Positions 50,402 to 60,428 of a stretch of DNA of 64,000 nucleotides are shown piece after piece. Both the position numbers and the translations under genes were made by a program. The stretch spans positions 96,001-160,000 of the forward strand of contig CAVPKK010000006.1 in NCBI GenBank assembly GCA_963705705.1. Reading direction: 5' to 3'. The stretch's first letter is position 1. Every line of letters starts with the position of its first letter. The notes below the pieces were generated by a model, which did no database searches, had not been told where the DNA came from, and saw only the letters and a list, made by a program, of their open reading frames with translations. The DNA is from an uncultured bacterium (GTDB lineage: Bacteria > Babelota > Babeliae > Babelales > JABCYS01).

Positions 50402-53400
50402 ATGGCCGACAAACATTTCACGCACCTTCACCTGCACACAGATTTCTCGTTATTAGATGGGGCCATTTCGGTTGACCGTCTGGTTGGTTTTGGAAAAGAA
50501 CATGGGTTCAAGGCATTAGCCATCTCAGACCATGGCAATATTTTTGGTGCCGTAAAGTTTTTTGCCACGTGCAAAAAGGCCGGTATTAAGCCCATCTTGG
50601 GCATGGAAGCCTATCTAACTGAAGATGCTGCTGTGCGCACGATGGATAATAAGTATTATCATATGTTACTTATTGTGCAGAATGAGATTGGCTATAAGAA
50701 TCTGTGCAAACTTATCTCATTTTCTTTCCAACAAGGCTTTTATTTCAAGCCGCGCATCGATTACAACATTTTAGAGCAGCATGCCGAGGGTTTAATTGCA
50801 ACCACCGCGTGCCTAGGTGGACACATCCCTAAATTGATCATGCAGGAAAACAATGCAGCCGTAGAGGACCGCATTGATTGGATGTTACGCGTATTCGGAC
50901 GTGAGCGTTTCTATTTAGAGGTGCAACCACCTGATCAGCAGGAGCAAAAAGTTCTCAACGCAGCATTATTTGAACTTGCTGCCAAACGAAATCTTAATGT
51001 GGTCGCTACCGCAGATTGCCATTATGCTACGCCTGAAGACCGTGATGCTCATGAAGTTATGCTTTCTATTCAGACGCAGGATAAGTTAGATAATCCTGAG
51101 CGTTATAGTTTTGGCGGGGCGCGCGTACATATGCGCACACAAGCCGATATGCTGGCACTATTTCCAAATCATCCTGAAGCCGTATATGCCAGTGGTGAAA
51201 TTGCTGACCGCTGTACCTTTGATTTCAAAACAGGGCAACTCTTTTTTCCAAAGTTTGAAGTTCCTGCCGAACACACCAGCGAAAGTTACTTCGCAGTACT
51301 ATGCCAAAGTGGCCTTGAAGAATTGATTGCTAGTGACCGTATTCCCATAGATCAAATCGATGCATATCGGGATCGCCTGCAACTTGAGATTGATCTTATT
51401 ATAAAAATGGGCTTTGTCGGTTATTTCTTAGTTGTTGGTGATTTTATCCAATGGTCGAAACGCAATGGTATTCCTGTTGGCCCTGGGCGTGGCTCAGCTG
51501 CTGGCTCATTAGTTGCCTGGGCATTACAGATCACCAACATCGATCCGCTTAAATACAATTTACTTTTTGAGCGATTCTTAAATCCGGAACGAGTGTCGAT
51601 GCCTGATATCGATATCGATTTCTGCATTGAAGGGCGCGAGCGCGTCATCAATTATGTACGTGAAAAATACGGGCATGATAAGGTGTGCCAGATTATTACC
51701 TTTGGTACTATGATGGCCAAGGGCGTGGTCAAAGACGTAGGTCGCGTTATCGGTTTGCCGTTTGATGATGCCAACATGATCACCGGCATGATTCCGGAAA
51801 CATTGAAGATCACACTCAAGGAAGCGCTCGAACAAGAGCCACGTATTAAAGAATTAATCGAAGCGAATCCAAAAGTTGCCACCCTCTTCGATCACGCCCT
51901 ACGCCTGGAAGGCCTCACGCGCCACGCCTCAAAACATGCAGCCGGCATCGTGATCTCACCAGAGCCAATTGAAGAGGTATTGCCGGTCTATGTACCACCT
52001 GGCTCTAAAGATTTAGTTACGCAATACGCGATGACGGAGTTGGAAAGCCTCGGCTTTTTGAAGATGGACTTGTTGGGTCTTAAAAACTTAACGCTGATTG
52101 ATCGCTGCACCCGCCTTATTAATTCATCACTTTCTTCTAAAGATAATACACAACGCGCTCATTCTGAGTTTATCGAAGAATCAAAGCGCGAGATCAATAT
52201 GAGATCGCAACTCATAGACATCGACAAAATTCCTTTAGATGACCCCAAGGCTTTCGCCCTCGTCTGCGCGGGCAATACGTCAGGTGTGTTCCAATTAGAA
52301 TCTAATGGCCTAAAGGATGTGCTGCGACGCCTCAAGCCAGAGAAATTTGAAGACATTATTGCCGTTAACGCATTATATCGACCAGGGCCGCTTGGTTCTG
52401 GCATGGTGGATGATTATATTGCACGGCGCCACGGCAAAGCAGCAGTTAAATATTTATTTCCTGAGCTTGAGCCAATTTTAGACGAAACCTATGGCGTTAT
52501 TGTTTATCAAGAACAAGTAATGAAGATCGCCTCTGCTATCGCGGGCTATTCTCTGGGCGAAGCGGATTTACTTCGTCGTGCCATGGGTAAGAAAAAAGCA
52601 GAGGAGATGGCCAAGCATCGAGCCATATTTACTGAACGTGCAACACAAAAAGGATTCAACACGGCCAAAGCGGGTGAGCTTTTTGATTTAATGGCCTACT
52701 TTGCTGGTTATGGTTTTAATAAATCACATTCGGCTGCATACGCATTAATTGCCTATCAAACAGCTTATCTGAAAGCAAATTACCCAGCAGAATTCATGGC
52801 CTGCCTGATTTCATTGGAATCTGGCGATGCTGATAAGATGGTTTTTTACCTACAAGAAGCCAAAGATATGGGGCTGGAGATATTGCCTCCAGATATTAAT
52901 AAGTCACATATCGATTTCACGGTTGACCAGGGCCTGCCCTGGACCCATGGAGAACCCAACAACAACAATGAAATCAAACCGAAACTCCGCTTTGGTTTAC
53001 AAGGAATCAAAAACGTTGGCCTGACTTCTCTAGAGAATATTATTACCGAGCGAGCAGAGCGGCCATTTATTGATCTCTTAGATTTTTGTAGCCGTATTGA
53101 TTTGCGCACTTCTAATCGCCGGGTTATTGAACATCTTATTTTCGCCGGTGCATTCGATTCTTTGCCTGGACATCGTGCGCAGCAACATAATGAATTACAA
53201 AAGATTATTGATCGCGCAGGGGAAATTAAAGAACAAAAGCTAACCGGGCAGATGGGATTATTTGGCGCTCCTGCAGAAGAATCGGACAATAAGCAACCAG
53301 AGCCGTATGCTTTTGAACTATGTGATAAATGGGATGCTAAAACTCAGCTGGAGAAAGAGAAAGAAGTTATTGGTTTCTATTTGAGTGCACATCCGCTTGA

Positions 53401-53965
53401 TACCTATCGCCATCATTTACGTTGGTTGGAAGTAAAATCATTTAACATACTACTTGAACAGAGTTTGAATTTACCTGAAGAACCAATGGTCCTCGGTTGC
53501 GGATTAGTGAAAACGCAAAAGGTTATTTTCACCAAAAAAAATGATCGCATGGCTTTTGTTACGCTGGAAGATGCAAACTCCAAGGCTGAGGTCGTAATTT
53601 TTCCAAAACTATTTGCTCAAGTCGAAGCTTGGTTAAGCGCATACAATGTATTCGTAATTAGAGGGATTCTAGATCAAAGCTCGCCGACACAATGCAAAAT
53701 TAGAGCAAATGAACTGGTGCCACTTGATCTATTCTTTTCGCAATGGCAAATCAAAAGAGCTCAATTAACATTACCGCCACAATTTGGTAATAACTTATTG
53801 CAAGAGCTTAAAAATAAATTACAGCCCGGCAAAATTCCAGTTTCTTTAGTAGTAACTGAGCAGAGTAAACAAATTCATATAGCTGCCAAGCATGCCGTTT
53901 CATTAGATGCGCAGATTTTACGCGATATCGAGCAACAATCGATCGGCGTAAAACTCATAATTTAA
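50402..53965 (+). CDS. dnaE: DNA polymerase III alpha subunit
   Basis: HLHLHTDFSLLDG PHP, GPGRGSAAGS, MPDIDIDF, YGFNKSH, OB fold. Confidence 0.97.
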   Translation: MADKHFTHLHLHTDFSLLDGAISVDRLVGFGKEHGFKALAISDHGNIFGAVKFFATCKKAGIKPILGMEAYLTEDAAVRTMDNKYYHMLLIVQNEIGYKNLCKLISFSFQQGFYFKPRIDYNILEQHAEGLIATTACLGGHIPKLIMQENNAAVEDRIDWMLRVFGRERFYLEVQPPDQQEQKVLNAALFELAAKRNLNVVATADCHYATPEDRDAHEVMLSIQTQDKLDNPERYSFGGARVHMRTQADMLALFPNHPEAVYASGEIADRCTFDFKTGQLFFPKFEVPAEHTSESYFAVLCQSGLEELIASDRIPIDQIDAYRDRLQLEIDLIIKMGFVGYFLVVGDFIQWSKRNGIPVGPGRGSAAGSLVAWALQITNIDPLKYNLLFERFLNPERVSMPDIDIDFCIEGRERVINYVREKYGHDKVCQIITFGTMMAKGVVKDVGRVIGLPFDDANMITGMIPETLKITLKEALEQEPRIKELIEANPKVATLFDHALRLEGLTRHASKHAAGIVISPEPIEEVLPVYVPPGSKDLVTQYAMTELESLGFLKMDLLGLKNLTLIDRCTRLINSSLSSKDNTQRAHSEFIEESKREINMRSQLIDIDKIPLDDPKAFALVCAGNTSGVFQLESNGLKDVLRRLKPEKFEDIIAVNALYRPGPLGSGMVDDYIARRHGKAAVKYLFPELEPILDETYGVIVYQEQVMKIASAIAGYSLGEADLLRRAMGKKKAEEMAKHRAIFTERATQKGFNTAKAGELFDLMAYFAGYGFNKSHSAAYALIAYQTAYLKANYPAEFMACLISLESGDADKMVFYLQEAKDMGLEILPPDINKSHIDFTVDQGLPWTHGEPNNNNEIKPKLRFGLQGIKNVGLTSLENIITERAERPFIDLLDFCSRIDLRTSNRRVIEHLIFAGAFDSLPGHRAQQHNELQKIIDRAGEIKEQKLTGQMGLFGAPAEESDNKQPEPYAFELCDKWDAKTQLEKEKEVIGFYLSAHPLDTYRHHLRWLEVKSFNILLEQSLNLPEEPMVLGCGLVKTQKVIFTKKNDRMAFVTLEDANSKAEVVIFPKLFAQVEAWLSAYNVFVIRGILDQSSPTQCKIRANELVPLDLFFSQWQIKRAQLTLPPQFGNNLLQELKNKLQPGKIPVSLVVTEQSKQIHIAAKHAVSLDAQILRDIEQQSIGVKLII
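52154..52190. repeat. Family A copy in frame inside dnaE
   Basis: CGCGCTCATTCTGAGTTTATCGAAGAATCAAAGCGCG, 36/37 identical to reverse complement of 27618-27654. Confidence 0.92.
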
Positions 53966-53999
53966 ATAGCAGAAATTTTGCCTGAACATTGCGCAATAA

Positions 54000-54701
54000 C
54001 TAGGGTTTGGTACCCAAATCAACTTCCTGCATGTAAAAACAGGCGTCTTGGTACAACATTGAATGCAACATTTTTAAAGTCATCAGAAATGTTTGCAATG
54101 GTTTTTGTTGCTTTGCGCCAAAATAATAGTCGATGGTTTTGCGGACGTGAACGCGTAATGGATCAGTTGGTGGGTTAGTGATTTTTAGCCAGGCAGTAAC
54201 TAATTCTTGGTGTATCGTACTTAATGAATGAGAAGAGCCTTCAATGCCGTCAAATTGTTGCAGCATCCAAGATACTTTTTCAAATTCATTCTTTTCCATA
54301 CGACAACGTAAATAATGTTGCGTCGTTTCTGTCATACGGGTTTTAAATTTCTGCGCAGCCTGTGTTATTGGCACTAAATTATAAAGCTCTACCAACATTT
54401 TGAGCTGATCTTGGTTTGATGGCTCAAGCATAATAAGATGCTCATAGATGGCAGCAGTTTCGGAATATTTACCAGTTTTGATATATAAAAAAGCTGCCTT
54501 GCCGTAATGCTCAAACGCAGTATCGTCATGAAATGCTAATAAAATATCTGCTTCGAGTTGCTGAACAAACGCTGGATCTTCCAACGTATGAGCCAACAAG
54601 CGATAGACGGCTAACGCGCGTTCCTTTTCGCCGCGCGATACAAACTCTGCAATTTTAAACCACGCCACCGAATGTTTTGCTATGATTTGCTGCTTCATCA
54701 T
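54000..54701 (-). CDS. Hypothetical TPR-like helical protein
   Basis: 233 aa ORF, AFEHYGKAA..Y...AAIYEHL pattern. Confidence 0.7.
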   Translation of the reverse strand: MMKQQIIAKHSVAWFKIAEFVSRGEKERALAVYRLLAHTLEDPAFVQQLEADILLAFHDDTAFEHYGKAAFLYIKTGKYSETAAIYEHLIMLEPSNQDQLKMLVELYNLVPITQAAQKFKTRMTETTQHYLRCRMEKNEFEKVSWMLQQFDGIEGSSHSLSTIHQELVTAWLKITNPPTDPLRVHVRKTIDYYFGAKQQKPLQTFLMTLKMLHSMLYQDACFYMQEVDLGTKP

Positions 54702-54818
54702 TCCCTCTTACCAAAACAACATTATTTTCCTATTTGTATCAAATCATGATGCAATTGCAAGCATGGAAAGTCAATGGTCTCTTAATAAATTGTTGCATAG
54801 CTCTAATAAAGCGAAAGA

Positions 54819-54895
54819 CCCGCCCGTCGAATTCGGGGTCCCCATAACTCGGGTTCTCTTTCAGGGCGAGTTTTGGGCAAAAGGATATGAGCGGC
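54819..54895. repeat. Family A copy with nested insert, opposite orientation to 34459
   Basis: reverse complement ATCCTTTTGCCCAAAACTC...GAGTTATGGGGACCCCGAATTCGA. Confidence 0.8.
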
Positions 54896-54929
54896 ATGGC
54901 ACAAAATAATGTTTAGGATTGTAGGAAAG

Positions 54930-55004
54930 TGGTGCCGGGAGCCGGAATTGAACCAGCGACACAAAGCTCTTCAGGCTTCTGCTCTACCACTGAGCTACCC
55001 CGGC
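54930..55004 (-). tRNA. tRNA-Phe(GAA)
   Basis: GCCGGGG...GAAGC-CTGAAGA-GCTTT...GGTTCAATTCC...CCCGGCACCA. Confidence 0.95.
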
Positions 55005-55174
55005 AAATATTTCATAGATGAGTTGTTTTGTGGGTGGAAAGAATGACGCATGGGTGACATTTTGTCAATCGGCGCAGATAAGATAAGCTGTGGTAAAAAT
55101 ACTGTAAGCAAAGCCTCCTTCCGTCTCCGATGATTCGATTAATGCAGGATGAGCGGATTGCGGCCAGCTCATCT

Positions 55175-56236
55175 ATGAAAGATTTAGACGTGACTAATAA
55201 TTCGTTAGATATTCAGATTTCATCTATTGAAAAGCAATGCTTAGCCGCTATTGGGCAGGCGAATACAGCCGAACAACTGGAAGCGGCCCGCGTGACTTAC
55301 CTTGGTCGACAAGGCGACATTGCCAAGCTTATGGAAGCCCTCAAGTCAATGAACGTTGATGAAAAGAAAACGTATGGCCCCAAGCTCAATGCCCTTAAGC
55401 AGACCTGCCAAGAAGCCTTTGATCAAAAGCAACAAACTCTTGAGCAAGCAAAAATAAATATAGCTTTAGCCCGTGAGCAGAATTTCGATGTAACGGCCTA
55501 TATCCCGAATCAATTAACTGGATCCCTTCATCCCTATACGAGAGTTATCGAACATATCGAAAATATATTTAACTCAATGGGATTTACGGTAACCGATGGT
55601 CCTGAAGTTGAGACCGATTTCTATAATTTCACCGCGCTTAATATTCCACCGGATCATCCGGCCCGGGACCTGCATGATACTTTTTGGCTAGCCGATTGTA
55701 AGGACTTGTTACTGAGAACCCACACTTCAACGGCCCAAATCCGCGCAATGCAAACGCAAAAACCACCGATAGCCCTTTGTGTAAATGGCCGTGTTTACCG
55801 CCACGAGGCAACGGACGCTACGCACGACTTTCAGTTCATGCAAACTGAGTGCATGGTTATTGATAAAGGGATTTCGATGGCCAATCTTTTGGCGGGAGCG
55901 CAATCCATTTTACGTGCACTGTTTGAACAAAGCGATTTGCAAATTCGTGTCCGGCCAGGTTATTTCCCCTTCGTCGAGCCAGGCATTGAAGTTGATATCA
56001 CATGCCCATTCTGCCATGCAAAAGGGTGCTCAATATGCAAATTCACGGGATGGATTGAAGCTGGCGGTGCCGGGCTAATTCATCCTAACGTACTTAAAAG
56101 CGGCGGCATTGATCCGAACGTTTATAGCGGCTGGGCGCTTGGCTTTGGTCTAACACGCTTGGTCATGCTCAAATATGGCATTCCGGATATTCGACTGCTT
56201 CATGGAAACTCATTGAATTTTTTGAAGCAGTTTTAA
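55175..56236 (+). CDS. pheS: Phenylalanine--tRNA ligase alpha subunit (start uncertain, 55175 or 55190)
   Basis: GSLHP, NFTALNIPPDHPARDLHDTF, LLRTHTS, YFPFVEP, GFGLTRL. Confidence 0.96.
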   Translation: MKDLDVTNNSLDIQISSIEKQCLAAIGQANTAEQLEAARVTYLGRQGDIAKLMEALKSMNVDEKKTYGPKLNALKQTCQEAFDQKQQTLEQAKINIALAREQNFDVTAYIPNQLTGSLHPYTRVIEHIENIFNSMGFTVTDGPEVETDFYNFTALNIPPDHPARDLHDTFWLADCKDLLLRTHTSTAQIRAMQTQKPPIALCVNGRVYRHEATDATHDFQFMQTECMVIDKGISMANLLAGAQSILRALFEQSDLQIRVRPGYFPFVEPGIEVDITCPFCHAKGCSICKFTGWIEAGGAGLIHPNVLKSGGIDPNVYSGWALGFGLTRLVMLKYGIPDIRLLHGNSLNFLKQF

Positions 56237-56534
56237 CTTTCAGACACTTCTGTTAAAAACGAACTACCGTTGCAACGTTCAATTCCAATAAGAATATGTT
56301 GCAAAAGAGGTCGTCCCGTAATTTTTGTTGTTCTGGCAGCAATAACTCAAATGCTGTTCGATAAAGCCTTTCTCGATATCGATAGTCACATATATTGCTA
56401 TCTGAAACCAGGTTTGTTTATGCTGATGATAGTTAAAACAGCTTCACAAAAGGATTATCTCGTGATTCGATTATTCCTTATTTAAGGGTTTGGCATAATC
56501 CAATAACCGAGACACATTAAAATTGGGAGTAATA

Positions 56535-56822
56535 ATGAAGACCATAGCTATAGTATTATCATCATTCTTTATCGCATCAGTGGCTAATGCATGCCCTACT
56601 TGCTACGGAGCCTTAGCCGATCAATCTCCGCCCTTCTTCAGCAAAGAAGCGTATACGCCATTCAGTTCATCTCCAGTGGCAATGAATGATAAAAAAGGTG
56701 TTGCCAAAATCCGGCAGGCAAATAATAATGCAATGAAAAAAGGCCCCGTTGCTCAGCCAACAGGGGATAATGAGGAACAACGTGAAGAAAAATCTATTAT
56801 TGTTAGTGAGCCTGCTCAGTAG
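56535..56822 (+). CDS. Small secreted protein with N-terminal CPTC
   Basis: RBS GGGAG, signal peptide ending ANA-CPTC. Confidence 0.6.
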   Translation: MKTIAIVLSSFFIASVANACPTCYGALADQSPPFFSKEAYTPFSSSPVAMNDKKGVAKIRQANNNAMKKGPVAQPTGDNEEQREEKSIIVSEPAQ

Positions 56823-57138
56823 CTCTGCTCTATTTGGCGCACTTGGTTGCATAACCAATGATTATCATCGACAAAAAGATCCGTTTTACGATTTCATTGA
56901 CCCGAGTTTGCGTGAGACATTAGTTACGTATCGTAACGAGGCAGATTACCAAGATGATCCAAAGGCATGGCATGCGATATGGTGCACTTGCCCTTGTAAC
57001 AAATACCTTGCCAAATTCCATAGCAATAAGATTGATGCGGGTGGCCTTTGCCCGATTTGCGGGCATCGTGGTCATATTGGACGGGCGGCACAAGAAAGAA
57101 CCGTTGTGCCTAAATGGCTTAAAGTTCAGGATGCTTAA
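56782..57138 (+). CDS. Small secreted Cys-rich protein
   Basis: RBS GAGGA plus GTG, signal peptide, CTCPC...CPICGH. Confidence 0.65.
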   Translation: MKKNLLLLVSLLSSSALFGALGCITNDYHRQKDPFYDFIDPSLRETLVTYRNEADYQDDPKAWHAIWCTCPCNKYLAKFHSNKIDAGGLCPICGHRGHIGRAAQERTVVPKWLKVQDA

Positions 57139-57180
57139 TTCTTCTCGAATATGGCATTTTTTTACTTGCCTGAAAAAAAA

Positions 57181-57487
57181 TCCTTCATAGCCCAAATTGG
57201 TGGACCTTTTTCTGTGCTGCCCTTATAACTACACGGGCAAACAGCCAATTCAATGCAAGGGTCGTTGCCATTAAAGTCGGTTAAAAACCAACCTAAAACG
57301 TATCTCCAATCCACGGCAAAAAGTACCAATTTTGCACAGCCTGTAACGTCGCCAGCCGAGTTCCTACCTTAAAATCACACAACCTGAAAGAAAAAGGGCA
57401 GTTTTTCACAAAAAAGCTCTGCTCTGCAGCCGACGCTTTTGACTGTCTGCATATAACCCTCTAATTTGCCTGTATCATTCAAATGGA
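57181..57487 (+). promoter_or_regulatory. Conserved upstream cassette copy 3 (TTGACT-17-TAATTT)
   Basis: gapless alignment to 16146-16408 and 17958-18069. Confidence 0.75.
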
Positions 57488-57494
57488 GGAAATT

Positions 57495-59651
57495 ATGCTA
57501 CTTAAATACTTATCTTTTACCCTACTATTAACACCAGCAGCGCTTCTGCCGTCTGGCAAACCAGCCAAAACATTGCGGGAAATCCGTGCCGAGATTGCAG
57601 CGGAACGAGCTGCGGCCAATACCAATAATGTTCAGCTGCCTCGCTCATCTTCATATGCTATTGGGGGTCCAGCAGCTCATAGGCCCATGCCAGCAAGCTC
57701 GCAGCAGAATGATCAAAAAGAAGAAGAGAAAAAACAAGAAAACTTTGCCCGTCCGCTACCAACTGTTCCAAATGCTCCTGACACGAGACGAGTGACGGAA
57801 TCTACGGCCATAGGTGAACTTCGGGCCAAGGCACAACAGGAACAAAAGCTACCCGAATCACCTAATACTGCGCGGCCAGTTGAGCAAGAACACAAGGAAG
57901 GCAAGGAAGGCCGAAATCAGTCTCAACAGGTTCAAAGTCGATCAGAAAAAGAATTGCAGGCTCTTATCGATGAGGTACCTGAACTATTTTATTACTCTAA
58001 AAAAAGTGGTCCTTTATTTGATGCATTTGATCAAAATGATCTTGAAGGCATTAAGGCCTGCTTGACCAGTCCTTTCGATGTTGACGATCATGATCTTCGC
58101 ATGTTGATTCCCTATATTATTAGGCAAGCAGAATTAACTGACGCGGAAGTTGCAGAAATTAAAAATGCTTGGCCCGAGCTGCTAAATAAAATAGAGCAAA
58201 TAGATCCTACATTGCCCAATCATGAACGCCGCCAAACTTGTGAAAAAATAATAGGTGATATAGCGCGCAAAATTAAACCTTTGCAATTGCTCTTAGACTT
58301 ACATAACGACCTCGCCGCCTCAGGCTTTAACCTGCTCATGAAGGCTGCCGCTGCTGGCAAAAATGAGATCGTTAATCAATCATTACACGCGAATTTTCAG
58401 CCACGAAGAGGATGGGAGGCCTTGGTGGGACGACCGCTCAGTTGGATGGCCGCCCGTAATGCGACCATTAATGAACGCGAATTGGTCTTGCATCTAACCA
58501 AAGATCGCAGAGCCAAGCCTGATCACATTGCATCTTATAAACGGTGCGTTTCGTTAGCCACTATACTCGACCCAGAAGCTTTAAAAAAGAAACACCCAAT
58601 TCTACAGTTGGTAGGCAATATGGACGCGCTACAACTAGCAGCTCTTGGTGCGCATACAGATATTATTGCAACATTAATAGATGAGTTATGTCTCCGAGCA
58701 CACCGAGAGCACGTACGTCGTGTTGGATTAGGCAATCCAGAACACTATGTCGGTGAATATATTCATAGCGCTCTGCAAAGGCTCATATATTGGTCGGATG
58801 TTATTGAAACTAATTTGGCAGATGAGCTATTTACTGTCATTGGCATATCGGCTAAGCCGAATATGCTGCAATATGAAGCGACTGCCGCCCAGTTGATACA
58901 AGCACTATTGCAAACAAAAGATACAGACCAACGATATTACACCGGAAATTTTAATACCCGTTTAAGAGCATTACTCGAACACATCATGCAATATGGCTCT
59001 AATGAGGTATTCCATGCCATTGCCTCATCCCTGGCATCTGTGACAACAACTGAAATTAATTGGGATGAACAAGCTCTTAAAAAGATTCTCGAACAAACCC
59101 TAAATGGTGAAAAACTTACCATTTTGCTTGGCATAACTGCGCCAAAGGACTCAATCATACAGATATTTAGGGATGCCTTACTCAACGTTGTAGAAAAGAA
59201 TCCGCTGAGCTACTCGGAGTATGTAGAACGGGCGCGAAATTATATTGTTTGTCGAGAGAAAATAGAGAATGAAATTGGAAACAACCTTCTTCCAGACCTG
59301 GCCAACATTGTACAAGGTTATGTTCAAGCACCGCAGCTACCAACTGCCGAAATCAGGCAACGAGTGTTAGGCATAGAACCCAAGAAGAAAATATTGATTC
59401 TTAGGCTGCAAGAACTAACGATATTCAGTACATTACCACGCAGCGCTATACAGGTTCGGGAGATGATTAACCTTCTCAAGGAACAGCCGTATACGCCAGA
59501 TGTATTAAAATTGATAATTGATTTACTTAATGACATTAAGGCCAATGCCCGCACTGAAAGCATTCAAAGTGTTAATCGATATGATTTTCCTAGCTTCAGC
59601 GCCCAAATGGATTCAATCAGGGAACAACTGCAATCGGAAATTGAAAATTAA
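57495..59651 (+). CDS. Secreted putative effector, ankyrin-like and F-box-like motifs; paralog of 18137-19717
   Basis: RBS GGAGG, signal peptide, LLMKAAAAGKNEIV, ALQLAALGAH, LLPDLANIVQGY. Confidence 0.75.
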   Translation: MLLKYLSFTLLLTPAALLPSGKPAKTLREIRAEIAAERAAANTNNVQLPRSSSYAIGGPAAHRPMPASSQQNDQKEEEKKQENFARPLPTVPNAPDTRRVTESTAIGELRAKAQQEQKLPESPNTARPVEQEHKEGKEGRNQSQQVQSRSEKELQALIDEVPELFYYSKKSGPLFDAFDQNDLEGIKACLTSPFDVDDHDLRMLIPYIIRQAELTDAEVAEIKNAWPELLNKIEQIDPTLPNHERRQTCEKIIGDIARKIKPLQLLLDLHNDLAASGFNLLMKAAAAGKNEIVNQSLHANFQPRRGWEALVGRPLSWMAARNATINERELVLHLTKDRRAKPDHIASYKRCVSLATILDPEALKKKHPILQLVGNMDALQLAALGAHTDIIATLIDELCLRAHREHVRRVGLGNPEHYVGEYIHSALQRLIYWSDVIETNLADELFTVIGISAKPNMLQYEATAAQLIQALLQTKDTDQRYYTGNFNTRLRALLEHIMQYGSNEVFHAIASSLASVTTTEINWDEQALKKILEQTLNGEKLTILLGITAPKDSIIQIFRDALLNVVEKNPLSYSEYVERARNYIVCREKIENEIGNNLLPDLANIVQGYVQAPQLPTAEIRQRVLGIEPKKKILILRLQELTIFSTLPRSAIQVREMINLLKEQPYTPDVLKLIIDLLNDIKANARTESIQSVNRYDFPSFSAQMDSIREQLQSEIEN

Positions 59652-59663
59652 ATTTGTTTGAAG

Positions 59664-60269
59664 CTAAAGTTCAGGATGCTTAGTTTTTCTCGCAAGCGGC
59701 ATTTCTAACTCTCCAGACTCAGTTATCACTTCATGATGAGCAGACTGTTTCTTTTGGACTTTTACCGGATTAGGATTTTGCAGTGTTGCTGAAAAACTAA
59801 GCGTTCGCGAATCTTCATTCAGAAAAAGATCGATAAAACAGGAACCCTGCATCGTTACCTTTTTCACCTGATCCGGGAAATCATCATTTTTTCCATCACA
59901 CTTTTCATTTGGCTGCGCAATGCAATTCTCTCGCCTTTTTAGGGTTATCTCGTTTTGTGAAACAAGCAAACAATACTTACGGCATGTTAAGCCATCGCCT
60001 TTTTCGCGTACCATAATGTATTTATAGGCACCGGCACCCCAATTAACCCATACCCTATTTGGCTTACTGTCAAAATGCTTTTTCGGTTGGATAGACCAGC
60101 CAATACCATCTGGCGAAACGAATTTTTTAATGCCAGCAATATTTTTTGGGCGTTCTACATCAAGAATTACAATTTCTGCATCGGTCGAATTATTAGTAAT
60201 GGTACGAATAATGCAGCCACCATATAGAGTGGTTGCCAAAAATGAAATGATAAGAACTAATTTCTTCAT
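59664..60269 (-). CDS. Secreted hypothetical protein
   Basis: RBS AGGAG, signal peptide MKKLVLIISFLATTLYG. Confidence 0.7.
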   Translation of the reverse strand: MKKLVLIISFLATTLYGGCIIRTITNNSTDAEIVILDVERPKNIAGIKKFVSPDGIGWSIQPKKHFDSKPNRVWVNWGAGAYKYIMVREKGDGLTCRKYCLLVSQNEITLKRRENCIAQPNEKCDGKNDDFPDQVKKVTMQGSCFIDLFLNEDSRTLSFSATLQNPNPVKVQKKQSAHHEVITESGELEMPLARKTKHPEL

Positions 60270-60324
60270 ATTAAAAACTCCTATAAGTCCATACGTTCTG
60301 CGAAGTCTCGCCATAGCTCATTTT

Positions 60325-60361
60325 CGCGCTTTGATCCTTCGATAAACTCAGGATGAGCGCG
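60325..60361. repeat. Family A canonical 37-bp copy (partial variant also at 60398-60429)
   Basis: CGCGCTTTGATCCTTCGATAAACTCAGGATGAGCGCG. Confidence 0.9.
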
Positions 60362-60428
60362 TCGAAGATCGCTGTAGCAGACAAGAGCATCGGCGGAAGT
60401 GTTTTGCGCAGCAAAATCTATCGAAGGA

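Noticed and set aside
52120..52215. Intein in DnaE
   Set aside because: Far too short and lacks Cys/Ser start and His-Asn end motifs
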